Origin: an uncultured Thermococci archaeon
Lineage (GTDB): Archaea > Methanobacteriota_B > Thermococci > Methanofastidiosales > B48-G16
Reading direction: 5' to 3'
DNA: 64,000 nt
Assembly (NCBI GenBank): GCA_964595645.1
Contig: CAZQQT010000003.1
Location: 32,001-96,000, forward strand
The notes beneath the pieces were generated by a model. The model saw only the letters and a list, made by a program, of their open reading frames with translations. It was not told where the DNA came from and made no database searches. Positions 8,183 to 17,433 of this stretch are shown here, piece after piece (position 1 is the first letter of the stretch; each line of letters begins with the position of its first letter). A program made the translations under genes and the position numbers.

Positions 8183-10063
8183 ATGTCACTTAATAAAAAA
8201 ATCATAAAAGTGGATCTCACAAAGAAAAAAATAAACAAAGAGAGACTACCAAAGAAATTTTTCGAAAATTATCTTGGTGGAAGAGGGATGGGTGCAAAAA
8301 TTCTTTTCGAGGGAGTCAGTGAGACTACAGAACCTCTTTCTCCAGAAAATATAGTGATTGTGTCTACCGGGACGCTGGCAGGTACATTTGCTCCAGCATC
8401 AGCTAGACTCACGATCACATCTAAATCTCCCGAAACGGGTATCTACTGCAAAAGTAGCGTAGGTGGTCATTTTTCTCCAGAATTAAAATTTGCAGGGTAT
8501 GATGGCATTGTGATTTCTGGAGCTTCTGAAAATCCTGTTTATCTTAATATAAGAGATGATCTGGTTGAGATAAAAGATGCAACACATCTGTGGGGCAAGG
8601 ATGTACGCAAAACGAATGCTATACTGAAAAGAGAACTTGAAGATAAAAAAATCAATGTGCTCTCAATTGGTCCTGCAGGCGAAAATCTTGTGAAATATTC
8701 CTCGATCGTAAGTAATATATATAGACAAGCTGCAAGAGGGGGAATGGGCACTATTTGGGGATTTAAAAAACTTAAAGCTATAGCAGTAAGGGGTACAACA
8801 CCTTTGAAAGTTGCAAATCCCTCTCAATTCAAAAAAATAGCGTTGAAAGCAAGGAGGTCAGTGAAAAATGATCAGGATAGATTCTATCGCTATTTTTATT
8901 TTGGAGCAAACAGGGGACTTGTAGGGGCAAACGAGGTGGGATTTAACCCAACTAAAAATTTCCAGACTACTTACATGAAAAATGCTTATCCTACAGGAGG
9001 GGAATATATCCGCGAAAAATATATAGTACGAGAGAATGGATGTGGGTCGTGCGTTCTCTGTTGCGGACAGTCTTATGAAATTGATGATGGCCCCTTTGTC
9101 GGCACACATTCTGAAGGTCCAGAATGGGAAGCAGGAAGTTCATTCGGCGCGAGGATTTTCAATAACGATCCAGAAGTAGTCCTAAAAGCTAATGAGATAT
9201 GCAATATTAATGGTCTTGACCTCTCTTCAGCAATGAGTGTGATAGCGTTTGCAATGGAATGCTACGAGAACGAATTGTTGACTAAAAAGGATACAGAGGG
9301 ATTTTCCTTAGAATGGGGTAATACGGACACTGTACTAGAGCTCTTAAGAAAAATAGCGGAGAGAGAAGGTTTTGGAGATTTTCTCGCAGATTCAATTAAA
9401 GAAGTTTCAGGAAAGATAGGCAAAGAATCAGAAAAATATGCAATCCAAATCAAAGGACTGGGGCTTACAAGTGTTGATTTAAGATCAACTGTCCCATACG
9501 CTCTTGCCTTTGCGGTCAATCCTCGAGGAGGAGATCACTTACACACAGAAATAATTTGCCAGTTTGGTGGAACACCAGAGCATGAAGAAATCGCAAATAG
9601 AATAAGTGAAAGCTCCAAAGGAGCAGATCGTTTCTCCTTTAAAGGAAAGGCAAAAATGGTGAAGTATCACGAAGAAATTTGTTGCGCTTCAGATTGTTTA
9701 GGCATCTGTTTCATGCACACTCTTTCTTCACATAGAGTAAGTCCTGAACTTCTCTCAGGCATGTTTGAGAGTGCTACAGGTATTCCAATGAGCACAGGAA
9801 AGCTTCATAGAGCATGTGAAAGGATAGTGAATATAGAGAGGATGTTCAATGTGCGAGAAGGTTTGGGGAAGAAGGACGATACATTACCAAGGCGATTTTT
9901 CGATGAATCAGTGCCAAATGGGCCAGCAGAAGGATACAGAATACCTAAAAATAAATTTGATGAACTGCTTCAACAATATTACAGGATACATAGGTGGAAT
10001 TCTAGTGGAGTCCCCAAAGAAGAGACGTTAAAGAAACTCGAACTCGAAGAGTTAGTAAAGTAA
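8183..10063 (+). CDS. aor: Tungsten aldehyde:ferredoxin oxidoreductase family protein
   Basis: YLGGRG, KSPETG, LKFAGYD, IGPAGE, RGGMG..KKLKAI, CxxCxxxC, RGGDH. Confidence 0.93.
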   Translation: MSLNKKIIKVDLTKKKINKERLPKKFFENYLGGRGMGAKILFEGVSETTEPLSPENIVIVSTGTLAGTFAPASARLTITSKSPETGIYCKSSVGGHFSPELKFAGYDGIVISGASENPVYLNIRDDLVEIKDATHLWGKDVRKTNAILKRELEDKKINVLSIGPAGENLVKYSSIVSNIYRQAARGGMGTIWGFKKLKAIAVRGTTPLKVANPSQFKKIALKARRSVKNDQDRFYRYFYFGANRGLVGANEVGFNPTKNFQTTYMKNAYPTGGEYIREKYIVRENGCGSCVLCCGQSYEIDDGPFVGTHSEGPEWEAGSSFGARIFNNDPEVVLKANEICNINGLDLSSAMSVIAFAMECYENELLTKKDTEGFSLEWGNTDTVLELLRKIAEREGFGDFLADSIKEVSGKIGKESEKYAIQIKGLGLTSVDLRSTVPYALAFAVNPRGGDHLHTEIICQFGGTPEHEEIANRISESSKGADRFSFKGKAKMVKYHEEICCASDCLGICFMHTLSSHRVSPELLSGMFESATGIPMSTGKLHRACERIVNIERMFNVREGLGKKDDTLPRRFFDESVPNGPAEGYRIPKNKFDELLQQYYRIHRWNSSGVPKEETLKKLELEELVK

Positions 10064-10067
10064 AAAG

Positions 10068-10787
10068 GTGATCAATATGAGAATAAAAATTGTATTGCCG
10101 GTACCACATAATATGTGGAATGATCAAATACTTGCGAGCTGCAAGGAGGCTGCAAGTCAAAAGGCTGAAATTGAATTAGTGAACACTCAACATGGGGCAG
10201 AAACGTTAGAAGGATTTTATCACGCTAGTTTTGCTGAAAGAGACACGATTAATGAGATAATACAGGCTGAAAAAGACGGGTACGATGTTGTAGTGGTATG
10301 GTGCACTGCTAATGTAGGGGTAGAAGCAGCAAGGGAAGTAGTAAAAATACCTGTTGTTGGTATTATGGAGGCTGCACACTTATTGGCGATGTTACTCGGA
10401 CGAAGATTCTCAGAACTAGTTTCAGTAAAAAATGTAGTGGTGAGGCATGAAAGGAACGCAGAAATTCTCGGTTCCAATTCGAAACTTGCTTCTGTAAGAG
10501 AAATTGCGCTGCCAGTTAAAAAATTCCATGAAAATTTGGATTTAACTTATAAAAAGATGTTTGAAGCGGGAAAAAAAGCGATCGATGAGGACAATGCAGA
10601 TGTACTTGTACTTGGCTGTGGCGCAATGCTCGGAATAACTGATAAATTGAGTAAGGAGCTCGGCGTTCCAGTTATTGAACCTGGCAGTGCAGGCGTACAA
10701 ATGGCCGAAATGCTTGTGCATTTACATAAAGCTCACAGTAAAAAAGCGTATCCACTCCCCCTTGATGATATAAAGGTGATTAAATGA
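10068..10787 (+). CDS. Hydantoin racemase / Asp-Glu racemase family protein
   Basis: Two catalytic-type Cys (WCTAN, LGCGAM); IPVVGI.EAA; GVPVIEP. Confidence 0.85.
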   Translation: MINMRIKIVLPVPHNMWNDQILASCKEAASQKAEIELVNTQHGAETLEGFYHASFAERDTINEIIQAEKDGYDVVVVWCTANVGVEAAREVVKIPVVGIMEAAHLLAMLLGRRFSELVSVKNVVVRHERNAEILGSNSKLASVREIALPVKKFHENLDLTYKKMFEAGKKAIDEDNADVLVLGCGAMLGITDKLSKELGVPVIEPGSAGVQMAEMLVHLHKAHSKKAYPLPLDDIKVIK

Positions 10788-11779
10788 CAATACTAAAATA
10801 TGCAAAACTTGGAAGTTATGTAGTAAAAAAGTTGGCGAATATAGCTCCTAATGAAACTGTATTACTTTTAGGAGATACAGGAAGTAACAAATCAATGATG
10901 GATGCCATAATGTCTGCATCTATAGGGTTAGGTGTGGAAGTACAAATGCTCATGTATCCTGAGAGAAACACCACCAATGTCGAACCGTCAAGAGCAATTG
11001 CCGAAGCAATGAAAAATTCGGATGTCATAATTGATCTCTCAGTAAACTATTTTATTCATACCCAAGCGTATGATGATGCTCGCACAGCGGGTGCTCGGGC
11101 ACTTGTTACGATACCGCCAGGAATAGAAGAGTATATAAATGCAGGAGTTGTGGGGATAAATTATGAAAAAATGGTTAAAGAAGGCCAGATAATTGCCGAT
11201 CTATTTGAAAAGTCTAAAAAATGTAAAGTAATATCAGAAGAAGGAACTCATTTAGAAATGAACCTTGGTGAGAGACCTGCAGTGCTGAGAGATGGAATGG
11301 TGGTGAGCAGTGGTGAGATAGATTACTTCCCCGGAGCCCAAGTTTCACTGGCCCCTCTAGAGGATTCAATGAATGGTAAAATTGTCGCGAACGGGTCGAT
11401 ATATCCTCCGATCGGAAAACTTAGCGGAAACGTAGAAATTCAAGTAGAGGAGGGTACTATAGTTGAAATAAGTGGTTCTACAGATGCACAGGAATGGAAA
11501 AAATGGTTAAAGAGTCTAGAAGATAGAGAAATGTACAATATTGCACATTTTAGCATTGGATTCAACCCTAATGCAAATTTGAGAGGATATATCATCGAAG
11601 ATGAGAGAATTAGAGGCTCTGTGACTTGCGGATTTGGTTCTCAGATGATTGATTTCAAAGGAAAGTACGGAAAGGCAAAATCACATACAGATGTTGTTTC
11701 ACTCTTTAACACTGTTTTTTTGGATGATAAAAAGATTGTTGAAAATGGCAACATTCTTGTAGATGATAAAGATGAATAA
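10784..11779 (+). CDS. M29 aminopeptidase-like / NicX-like metalloenzyme
   Basis: GTHL, PGAQV..AP, AHFSIGFNP, EDER, SHTD. Confidence 0.7.
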   Translation: MTILKYAKLGSYVVKKLANIAPNETVLLLGDTGSNKSMMDAIMSASIGLGVEVQMLMYPERNTTNVEPSRAIAEAMKNSDVIIDLSVNYFIHTQAYDDARTAGARALVTIPPGIEEYINAGVVGINYEKMVKEGQIIADLFEKSKKCKVISEEGTHLEMNLGERPAVLRDGMVVSSGEIDYFPGAQVSLAPLEDSMNGKIVANGSIYPPIGKLSGNVEIQVEEGTIVEISGSTDAQEWKKWLKSLEDREMYNIAHFSIGFNPNANLRGYIIEDERIRGSVTCGFGSQMIDFKGKYGKAKSHTDVVSLFNTVFLDDKKIVENGNILVDDKDE

Positions 11780-12965
11780 GATACGATTGATCGAGAAGGA
11801 GGTAAATAGAAATAAAAATAGAATTATTGGATTAATACAAAAATTAGTAAAAATTCCAAGCTTTTCAGGAGACAAAAAAGGACTATCAGAAATAGCCCAG
11901 ATACTTTCTGACGAGATGAATAAGATTGGTCTTTCTGTGGAATTTATTGAAGCAGAAAAAGGATTACCTAATGTCGTGGGAAGGTTCAATAGCACTGATA
12001 GTAGCAGTCCATGGATTTTATTCAATGGCCATACAGATGTTGTGCCTGTTCAGAACGAAGAGAAATGGATCGTAGATCCATTCAAAGCCGAGATAAAGGA
12101 TGGAAAGATGTACGGTAGAGGCGCATGTGATATGAAGGGAGGGCTTGGAGCGATGGTAGCTGCTTCAAGAATAGTTTTGGATCTTTTCCCTGAATACAAT
12201 GGTAATTTTGTACTTACCGGCACGGTAGATGAAGAAATTGGAGGGGCCATAGGTATGCAATATATCCTGAAGAAAGGAGTGAGGGCAAATATGGGCATTG
12301 TGTGCGAACCGTCAGACCTCATGATTACCAATGTGTGTAAGGGACTTGTGTGGACGAAACTTAAGACTATTGGAAAGAGTGCCCATGGTAGCATGCCTGA
12401 AAATGGTATCAACGCTGTATATAAGATGTCGAAAATTCTTCATGTGTTAGAAGGATATACTTTCGATCGCCCACCTCATGAGATGCTGGGAAGTCCTACT
12501 ATAAATGTTGGAACGGTAAGGGGAGGATCAAAGCCCAACTTAATCCCTGATTTATGCGAAGTAGAGCTCGATATAAGATACTTACCTGATCAGACATATA
12601 AAGAAGTCATGAATGATTTAGAACGTATAATCAACGAACTGAAGGAGGAAGATCCAGAAATAAAGACTGAAATGGATATGATCCGTTATCGTTCCTCTGT
12701 AGAAGTACAAAAACATGAAAAAATAATACAAACTATCGTAGATGCAACAAAAAAGGTTAAAGACGCCCATCCTGGCTTCAAGGGCATGCCTTCACCAGGA
12801 GACAGTGAACATTTAGTTAAAGCTGGCATCCCTAGTGTAATGTTTGGTCCAGGCTCTGAAGATCTATGTCATGTAGACAATGAGTGGATTGCGGTTAATG
12901 AAATTTTGACCGCAGTAAAAATTTATGCAGCAATTATGTTGGAAGGTGAGAAAAATGGAAAATAA
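11772..12965 (+). CDS. M20 (ArgE/DapE-like) metallo-deacylase/peptidase
   Basis: NGHTDVV, GRGACDMKGG, DEE, CEP, GKSAHGS.P..G.NA, FGPG...H. Confidence 0.92.
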   Translation: MNKIRLIEKEVNRNKNRIIGLIQKLVKIPSFSGDKKGLSEIAQILSDEMNKIGLSVEFIEAEKGLPNVVGRFNSTDSSSPWILFNGHTDVVPVQNEEKWIVDPFKAEIKDGKMYGRGACDMKGGLGAMVAASRIVLDLFPEYNGNFVLTGTVDEEIGGAIGMQYILKKGVRANMGIVCEPSDLMITNVCKGLVWTKLKTIGKSAHGSMPENGINAVYKMSKILHVLEGYTFDRPPHEMLGSPTINVGTVRGGSKPNLIPDLCEVELDIRYLPDQTYKEVMNDLERIINELKEEDPEIKTEMDMIRYRSSVEVQKHEKIIQTIVDATKKVKDAHPGFKGMPSPGDSEHLVKAGIPSVMFGPGSEDLCHVDNEWIAVNEILTAVKIYAAIMLEGEKNGK

Positions 12966-13956
12966 TATAGATGTTGGTCAAGAAATACTCTATTTGACTC
13001 TAGAAGATATAGAAAGAATACAACTAAATGAAGAAAAAGTGTTTGAGATAGTGGAAGGTGCTTTGGCTGAACACGGAAGAAAAAACTGTGAAATGCCTGC
13101 AAAAATAGGATTACATCCATTGAAGGACACTCTTATGCACGCTATGCCTGCTTTCATTCCTAAATTTAAGGCGTGCGGAATAAAATGGGCGTCATGTTTT
13201 CCAGAGAACCATAAATATAATCTTGCCCAAACATCAGGATTACTTGTTCTCAATGATCAAAACACGGGCTGGCCTATCGCTGTGATGGACGCTATCTGGA
13301 TTACTGCTAAAAGAACTGCTGCTGTTACAAGAGTTGCATGCAAATACCTGGCAAGAGAAGATTCTGAGCAGCTTGGCATTATAGGTACTGGTGTTCAAGG
13401 AAACGAACATATAAAAGTGCTACCCAAAGTATTACCAAATCTTAGGACAATAAAAGCATACGATATGCGTGCCGATGCGAGAGAAGAGTTTGTGAAAAAA
13501 TACAATAACGAACTAGATTGCAATGTTGAAATAGCATCTAATTATAAAGAAGCTGTTGCAGATTCTGATGTAATAGTTTCTGCTACTGCCATTCTTCAGA
13601 AACCTGATCCGCAAATTAAAGATAAATGGATCAAGGAGAGAGGCGTGTTTATTGCCCCTGTTGATTTTGATTCGTTATGGGAGTTCGCTACCATGTCACG
13701 AATGGACAAATTCCTTGTAGACTCGATTGATGAAATGAATTATTTTGAAAGCATTGGCTATTTACCTCATGGACTTCCTCCCTCTCTCCATGGAGAAATA
13801 GGAGAGGTGGTTGCAGGATTAAAACCAGGTCGAGAAACAGATGAAGAGAACATTATGGACATGAACATAGGTATGGCAGTAGAAGACATGCCTGTGGCAA
13901 AAGAACTTTATAGACAAGCATTAAAAAATGGAATAGGCAAAAAACTTCCTCTTTAG
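12955..13956 (+). CDS. Ornithine cyclodeaminase / mu-crystallin (imine reductase, alanine dehydrogenase-like) family
   Basis: HAMPA, GIKW, ITAKRTAA, GIIGTGVQG, GMAVED. Confidence 0.9.
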   Translation: MENNIDVGQEILYLTLEDIERIQLNEEKVFEIVEGALAEHGRKNCEMPAKIGLHPLKDTLMHAMPAFIPKFKACGIKWASCFPENHKYNLAQTSGLLVLNDQNTGWPIAVMDAIWITAKRTAAVTRVACKYLAREDSEQLGIIGTGVQGNEHIKVLPKVLPNLRTIKAYDMRADAREEFVKKYNNELDCNVEIASNYKEAVADSDVIVSATAILQKPDPQIKDKWIKERGVFIAPVDFDSLWEFATMSRMDKFLVDSIDEMNYFESIGYLPHGLPPSLHGEIGEVVAGLKPGRETDEENIMDMNIGMAVEDMPVAKELYRQALKNGIGKKLPL

Positions 13957-14013
13957 ATTTTCTTATAAAGAGCTAAAAGTTTAAATGATAAAGAATAGCA
14001 TTGTGCAGATAAA

Positions 14014-14200
14014 ATGTATTTTAAACGAGAGATGATAAAGGTATTTGTATGCAAAACTAACGAAACGTAAGAAGACACTGTGATAATCGCCTGCCTACGT
14101 GAAACATTCTATGAGAGATATCCTATATATATCCAAGACTAAAAATTGTAGCCATACGCATCATTGATCCTATCATAGCTACTGTTATAATGATGCAGAT
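14014..14200 (+). pseudogene. Possible decayed remnant of a second hydantoin-racemase-like gene
   Basis: Reads EDTVIIACL, then after stops and a frameshift AIRIIDPIIATV, resembling the racemase C-terminal ADVLVLGC...VPVIDP motifs. Confidence 0.3.
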
Positions 14201-14232
14201 TCATCGTACATACAATATAGAGGGGATTTATT

Positions 14233-15150
14233 ATGTTAAAACAAGTTATGGAGATACATAAATTGTTGGATAATATTCAGGTTAGTGGAGAAAAAGTAGC
14301 GACATTTCTTAAACACAGAGGAGCAGACGAAATAGAAATAAAAAAAGTAGAAGGGAAAGAGAAATCGACAGATTTTATCAAAATCCAGCTCTACGGGAAG
14401 AATAAAGATGCCCCAACACTCGGAATTATTGGACGACTCGGCGGTATCGGTGCACAACCACATAGAAAGGGGTTTGTATCAGATGCAGATGGGGCTATTA
14501 CCGCACTCGCCTGTGCGCTCAAATTAGCTGAGGTGAAGCAGGACGGAAACTTACTAAATGGCGATGTGGTTATTGCAACACATATCTGCCCAAATGCGCC
14601 GATTATTCCCCACGAACCTGTGCCATTTATGGGATCACCGGTGACAATGGAGGAAATGAACAGACACGAGGTCAATGAGCAAATGGATGCAATACTTTCC
14701 ATTGATACAACAAAGGGAAACAGGCTGCTCAATTACCGTGGATTTGCGATTACACCCACTGTGAAGGAAGGATATATCCTCAGAGTGAGCGAGGATCTTC
14801 TGAACATCATGGAATGGACCACAGGGAAACAACCACGGGTTTTTCCGATCACCACCCAAGACATCACACCCTACGGGAATGAAGTATTCCATGTAAACAG
14901 TATCCTTCAGCCTTCCACTGCAACAACAGCACCTGTCGTAGGTGTGGCGATTACTACCGAGACAGCGGTACCGGGATGTGCAACAGGAGCAACTCATGAG
15001 ACAGATATAGAAGAGGCAGCTCGGTACTGTATTGAGGTGGCGAAAGCTTTTACTGAAAGAACGTGCAGGTTCTATGACAAAAAAGAGTTTGCCAGGCTTG
15101 TGAGCATTTATGGGGAGATGCGTGCTCTCCAGACCCTCAGTGGCAAATAG
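14233..15150 (+). CDS. DUF1177 family protein
   Basis: GIIGRLGGIGA, SDADGA, THICP, PHEPVPFM, SIDTTKGNR, VPGCATGA. Confidence 0.85.
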   Translation: MLKQVMEIHKLLDNIQVSGEKVATFLKHRGADEIEIKKVEGKEKSTDFIKIQLYGKNKDAPTLGIIGRLGGIGAQPHRKGFVSDADGAITALACALKLAEVKQDGNLLNGDVVIATHICPNAPIIPHEPVPFMGSPVTMEEMNRHEVNEQMDAILSIDTTKGNRLLNYRGFAITPTVKEGYILRVSEDLLNIMEWTTGKQPRVFPITTQDITPYGNEVFHVNSILQPSTATTAPVVGVAITTETAVPGCATGATHETDIEEAARYCIEVAKAFTERTCRFYDKKEFARLVSIYGEMRALQTLSGK

Positions 15151-15192
15151 ACCTAAAGCCTTTTATATGTAGAGTTTCCAGAGAGAAACGAT

Positions 15193-15912
15193 ATGCGTCT
15201 TATATTTTTCGATCTCGATAGGGTCCTGACACCCGCGTCTCACGTGCTCCTGATAGCCGAAAGAATCGGACAAAAGGAGAAGTTTGAAAAACTTTTTAAA
15301 GGAAGTGTGGAAGGCAAAACAGGATTAGAATGGATAGTAAAGCAGGGTATCACGTTTCTTGAGGGGCATGACCCTTCACTTTTTGAAGAAATCGCAAAAA
15401 ACATGAAGATTATAGAAAATGGGGTAGAAGTAGTAACGACCTTAAAGGAAAATGGGTATCACCCTATTATTATTACCAATGGATTTTACCGCGTTGCCCA
15501 AATTTTTGGTGAACGAATAGGGGTTAAGGAGGTGTATGGTAATAGAGCAGAGAAAAGAGATGGCGTCTTCACAGGGAAGATTTACTCCGATCTCCTCACT
15601 CTAAAATCGAAGGGTGACGTGGTGAGAAGGATCATCAAGAAGAAAAATCCAAGTATCTCCGTTTCCGTTGGCGATGATGAGAACGATTGGTTTATGTTCG
15701 AAGAAACAGACTTTTCTATTCTTTTTAATCCAACACCTTCGATTCTCCAGAAAGTACGATCCCTCAAAGAGAAGAAGGGAATGAGAGAGCTCACCAAATT
15801 CATCAACCTCATTGTTGCCAGGGATGATCTCAGTCTTATTCTTCCCTTTCTTGTCCCTGAGCCCGATCTTTTCCCAAAGTCAGTTACTGCAGAGCGAAAA
15901 ATTATCAGATGA
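15193..15912 (+). CDS. HAD-IB family phosphatase (SerB-like)
   Basis: FFDLDRVLT, ITNG, K, VGDDEND motifs. Confidence 0.8.
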   Translation: MRLIFFDLDRVLTPASHVLLIAERIGQKEKFEKLFKGSVEGKTGLEWIVKQGITFLEGHDPSLFEEIAKNMKIIENGVEVVTTLKENGYHPIIITNGFYRVAQIFGERIGVKEVYGNRAEKRDGVFTGKIYSDLLTLKSKGDVVRRIIKKKNPSISVSVGDDENDWFMFEETDFSILFNPTPSILQKVRSLKEKKGMRELTKFINLIVARDDLSLILPFLVPEPDLFPKSVTAERKIIR

Positions 15913-15966
15913 CCCATCTGTATTTAATGGAAACCTTTTTTTATCTCATCCCCTATTATCTATCCT

Positions 15967-16422
15967 ATGACGGATGATCTTGATATAAAGATACTCAGAG
16001 AACTGCAGGAAAACGCAAGGGCACCCTTTCGAGATCTCGCAAAAAAGTTTGGAGTCTCCGCACAGACAATCAGCGATAGAGTAAACAAAATGATGAAAAA
16101 AGGTGTTATTAAACGATTTACTGTGGACTGCGATCTACCCCTGCTCGGCTATGGGTTGACCTTCTTTGTCCACGTGAACACGAAGATTTCAAAACTAAAG
16201 AAAGTAGCGAATAAGATGAAGAACTACAATGAGCTGTACTCAGTTCATATCACGACGGGAGATCATGATATTGTTGGGATAGGTGTTGCCCGAGACACCA
16301 ACCATCTTTATGAAATCATAGAGAATAAAATATCTCAGATAAATGGCGCAGAAAAGACAATTACGTACGTATGTCTCAAAGAAATAAAAGATGTAGAAAA
16401 AGTAAGCGCGGTCACGAAGTAA
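15967..16422 (+). CDS. Lrp/AsnC family transcriptional regulator
   Basis: DDLDIKILRELQENAR HTH; TGDHD. Confidence 0.92.
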   Translation: MTDDLDIKILRELQENARAPFRDLAKKFGVSAQTISDRVNKMMKKGVIKRFTVDCDLPLLGYGLTFFVHVNTKISKLKKVANKMKNYNELYSVHITTGDHDIVGIGVARDTNHLYEIIENKISQINGAEKTITYVCLKEIKDVEKVSAVTK

Positions 16423-17350
16423 CGATTTTTCGTATATTTTCCTGCGTTTCTTTGGGCGGTGTTCGGGTGTTTACCATGTAGAGATCTACAAGCTTGAAGT
16501 AATTTTCGAAAAATTCTTTTCTAATTCGTATCTTTCTCTCGTTTCGTATAAGCTGGTGAGGGTTGCAAAAATCATTTTTCACAACGTAGTCAAGCGCTTC
16601 TTTCCACCCCATCTCATAATAAAGTTCTTCTTCATCGTCTCTCTTTAAAAAGAGTACCTTTTCCATAGTGGTTTCACTTTTTGTTCCTGTTTTTCCGATT
16701 ACTCGTGAAATATCCACCACAGCTCTATCTTCAGTGTCTAACTCCACATCTTTGATCAACCGCTGAAACTCTGGGTAAATATCAGCGATATCCTTGCGGA
16801 TGTAGCAATTCTTCTCGGAAGCCCGTGCCACCACCGAGTTCCCCAATATTCTCGTGTAGTACCAGTCGTCTGCCACTAATTTTGTATTATTGAGGAGGAG
16901 GAGTCCATACGAGTGTGTTGTTTTTCCCATACCTGAGGGAGCTATCATTGAGATCCCCTTGCCCTTATAATCTATTGCAGCTCCATGGACAGAGTGTCGG
17001 GAGTGAATGGAGTGATATTCTTCGAGAAAATCCCCTGCCACAGCAAGAGCGAGACTTTTCACATGACCATAGTATCGTGAGTTAAAGATAAAGCATGTTT
17101 TTGATATCGGTTCGTAAAAGACCTTCAATGGCCCTTCACTGCTCAATGTGAATACCCTCCCGTGAGGGCGGATGTACTCAAGCATATGTTTGAAATTGTC
17201 CTCCCACATGTCCTTGAAGGTATGGTTATCTGTTAAGAGTTTAATGCACATTCCGGCGAGATCTGCTTTTCTTTCGTAGAGAATCTGATCTTTGAACTCT
17301 TCGATAAGTTGATCTTTCCTGTCTGGATATATTTCTTCTACTTCGTACAT
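16412..17350 (-). CDS. HPr-kinase/PEPCK-like P-loop protein
   Basis: HGAAI, APSGMGKTT, LVADDW; likely start ATG 17350. Confidence 0.7.
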   Translation of the reverse strand: MYEVEEIYPDRKDQLIEEFKDQILYERKADLAGMCIKLLTDNHTFKDMWEDNFKHMLEYIRPHGRVFTLSSEGPLKVFYEPISKTCFIFNSRYYGHVKSLALAVAGDFLEEYHSIHSRHSVHGAAIDYKGKGISMIAPSGMGKTTHSYGLLLLNNTKLVADDWYYTRILGNSVVARASEKNCYIRKDIADIYPEFQRLIKDVELDTEDRAVVDISRVIGKTGTKSETTMEKVLFLKRDDEEELYYEMGWKEALDYVVKNDFCNPHQLIRNERKIRIRKEFFENYFKLVDLYMVNTRTPPKETQENIRKIVTS

Positions 17351-17433
17351 GCATCTCGACAATGGAGGGGATATAAAAATGTTATGGTGGTAGTAGAACA
17401 AACCTTTTTTTAAAGGAGAGATACACTATACAC

